DNA of 28,316 nucleotides from Candidatus Moraniibacteriota bacterium (GTDB lineage: Bacteria; Patescibacteriota; Minisyncoccia; CAIUEV01; JAHKAQ01), in NCBI GenBank assembly GCA_014729445.1, contig WJJX01000105.1:1-28316 (forward strand). Reading direction: 5' to 3'. The number at the start of each line of letters is the position of its first letter. Positions within the stretch are counted from its first letter, which is position 1. The notes under the pieces were generated by a model. The model made no database searches. It saw only the letters and a program-made list of their open reading frames with translations, and was not told the origin of the DNA. A program made the position numbers and the translations under genes. Of this stretch, positions 27,222-28,316 are shown piece after piece.

Positions 27222-27287
27222 TAAAGTTTCATTTAAACTTTATGACAAGGTTCCCCCCTTGGGGGGGGGCAGTGGGGGTAAAGCCAA
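27222..27287 (+). repeat. direct repeat unit 1 (AAAGTTTCA-TTAAACTTT-TGACAA-GC hairpin-CAGTGGGGGTA)
   Basis: It aligns with 27556-27640. The conserved core is ATAAAGTTTCA(C)T(A/T)AAACTTT(A/T)TGACAA(G/A)GTTC, followed by a G/C palindrome and then CAGTGGGGGTA. Confidence 0.5.
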
Positions 27288-27318
27288 AAAGACAAAGGGC
27301 CACCCCAAAAATAGCCAT

Positions 27319-27360
27319 CAGCTATCCGCCAATTATAATAACCAAGGCGTTCCAAACGCC
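27319..27360 (+). repeat. 42-nt repeat copy 2 (CAGCTATCCGCCAATTATAATAACCAAGGCGTTCCAAACGCC)
   Basis: Same architecture as copy 1, with TATAAT followed by the palindrome GGCGTTCCAAACGCC. A shorter relative, CCGGTGATTATAATAAG, is at 27708-27724. Confidence 0.5.
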
Positions 27361-27555
27361 AAGGTTTAAAAAATAATTAGCGGATACTCTGACTGCTATA
27401 AAAAAGAGTCTATTTAGATCTTTTAAAATTTACCCTATACTTTATACCGAATCGATAGAAACGGAATACCTTCTTTGAATATAAGAAAATTCCTTTCCGA
27501 ATCGGAATATTGTGTTTGAACCACCCTGTCCCTCCAGTATGGAGGGAACTATGTC

Positions 27556-27640
27556 ATAAAGTTTCACTAAAACTTTTTGACAAAGTTCTCCCCGCGGGGG
27601 AGACCCACCAAAGGCTGGGTAAACAGTGGGGGTAGAGAGA
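27556..27640 (+). repeat. direct repeat unit 2
   Basis: Second copy of the unit above. Its G/C hairpin is longer (TCCCCGCGGGGGAGACC). Confidence 0.5.
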
Positions 27641-27932
27641 AAAAGGGGAGAGGGGAACGAAAACCCCTAAATCCCCGATGCACGGGGACTTCCTAACTTT
27701 GGTTTCTCCCGGTGATTATAATAAGAATCTATTATCAAATTCTCTATTCTCATCATCATCTCTCCCCAACCAACACAAGCCCCCGTGCATCGGGGGTTTG
27801 GGGGTTCCAAAACTTGCCAATTCCCCCAACAAACACAACATTCCGGTTCGGAATTCCCAGGTTAGCGATTGTGCGAAGCCTGGGATTAATGGTTTTTCTT
27901 TATTTTTTGGGGCGTTGCCCCGAGGAGGAATT

Positions 27933-28316
27933 ATGAAAAAATTGATCGTTGTCGTAATTTTGGCGGCCTGGGCAACCGCCACGGCTAGTGTTGCGGATGC
28001 CGGGATTTTCTCGGATCCGCTTTTGTCCGCCGGTCCGGGGGCGGACGTTGAATTGACCTGGTGCCCTGGGGATCCGGATTTCCGGGGATATACGGCGGGC
28101 CCCGACGCCGATATCGTTGTGTACTTTGATTCGGAGTGCGGGGAAACTCCGAATCTGGATGGACTCTGGACCCTTGGTCCGGGGTCCGATGTGCGGGCGG
28201 AGGAGCGGCGCGGTATTTGTGGCTGCGACGCATCCTCGGGGAGCTCCGACGCCCCCCCCGCCAGCTGGGAGCGGGACATCGCCCCCCCCGCCCCCACCCC
28301 AGAAGTGCCCTGTACC
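27933..28316 (+). CDS. secreted protein, 3'-truncated by the window edge, very GC-rich
   Basis: ATG 27933 sits 4 nt after a perfect AGGAGG Shine-Dalgarno. The Sec signal peptide is MKKLIVVVILAAWATATASVADA. The frame is open for 128 codons to the last base of the window. It is not in the ORF track because it has no stop in the window. GC content and codon usage are radically different from the rest of the window. Confidence 0.5.
   Translation, partial: MKKLIVVVILAAWATATASVADAGIFSDPLLSAGPGADVELTWCPGDPDFRGYTAGPDADIVVYFDSECGETPNLDGLWTLGPGSDVRAEERRGICGCDASSGSSDAPPASWERDIAPPAPTPEVPCT

Larger units (their letters stand above)
27188..27811. mobile_element. MITE-like ~620-bp non-coding element bounded by imperfect 15-bp inverted repeats (ACCCCCCAAACCCCC ... 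GGGGGTTTGGGGGTT)
   Basis: The termini are inverted copies of the G5T3G5 motif, which elsewhere occurs as adjacent palindrome halves (9691-9725, 24854-24883). The interior has no ORF, carries internal direct repeats, and has many GC hairpins. Confidence 0.3.

Noticed and set aside
24249-27932. Possibility of a CRISPR array, tRNA, tmRNA or RNase P RNA in the non-coding islands
   Set aside because: The repeats are few (2-3 copies), irregularly spaced by hundreds of nt and only about 80% identical, so not CRISPR-like. No GTTCRANYC T-loop with matching acceptor stems, no CCACCA tail, and no RNase P P4 consensus (GGAAAGUCCGGGCUCC / ACAGAACCCGGCUUA) was found by eye.
27716-28297. 193-aa and 82-aa minus-strand ORFs (27716..28297, 27985..28233) and the 74-aa plus-strand ORF 27712..27936
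   Set aside because: They lie antisense to, or overlap, the much better supported plus-strand gene at 27933. That gene has a perfect Shine-Dalgarno, a signal peptide, and stays open to the window end. Long antisense ORFs are expected by chance in GC-rich DNA.
1-28316. Alternative genetic code (UGA recoded to Gly, as in Gracilibacteria and SR1)
   Set aside because: asnB and other well-supported genes terminate at TGA or TAA exactly where the homologous proteins end. Long ORFs are intact under the standard code.

Overview
The window is mostly AT-rich and gene-dense, with a compositionally distinct mosaic region after ~24.25 kb. Many Lys/Asn-rich proteins, few Shine-Dalgarno sequences and TGA used as a stop suggest a small-genome low-GC bacterium, possibly CPR/Patescibacteria-like (inference). 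The minus-strand block at 1-7.5 kb holds a frameshifted DUF4143-type AAA+ ATPase, a TrmB-like wHTH regulator, a DUF2892 membrane protein and an RND efflux pair (periplasmic adaptor plus AcrB-like permease). Diverging from it on the plus strand (7.7-17.5 kb) are an N-terminally membrane-anchored KAP-family P-loop NTPase, a large TM-vWA protein fused to a C-terminal M23 metallopeptidase, an SPFH/Band-7 protein behind a textbook sigma70-like promoter, a long Lys/Glu-rich hypothetical protein, and an AsnB-type amidotransferase. These lead into a glycan-biosynthesis cluster (Wzz-like protein, radical-SAM/SPASM enzyme, GT4 and GT2 glycosyltransferases). From 22.2 kb there is a minus-strand toxin-antitoxin islet: an AbiEii-like nucleotidyltransferase with a small partner, DUF2188 with a zeta-toxin-like P-loop protein, and a canonical AbiEi/AbiEii pair with a promoter-embedded inverted-repeat operator. 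This islet is interleaved with long GC-richer non-coding stretches (24.25-25.0 kb, 26.94-27.93 kb). Those stretches are packed with hairpins and several repeat families: a 16-nt GGGGGTTTGGGGGTTC palindrome-associated motif, a ~43-nt hairpin repeat in three copies, a ~42-nt TATAAT-containing repeat, and an ~85-nt direct repeat. One ~620-bp segment is bounded by inverted copies of the G5T3G5 motif and looks MITE-like. Two signal-peptide ORFs with strong SD sequences and higher GC appear foreign. One is a lipoprotein gene; the other is a very GC-rich secreted-protein gene that runs off the 3' end. The abrupt compositional switch at ~27.9 kb could be horizontal transfer or a chimeric assembly. No rRNA, tRNA or CRISPR array was found.
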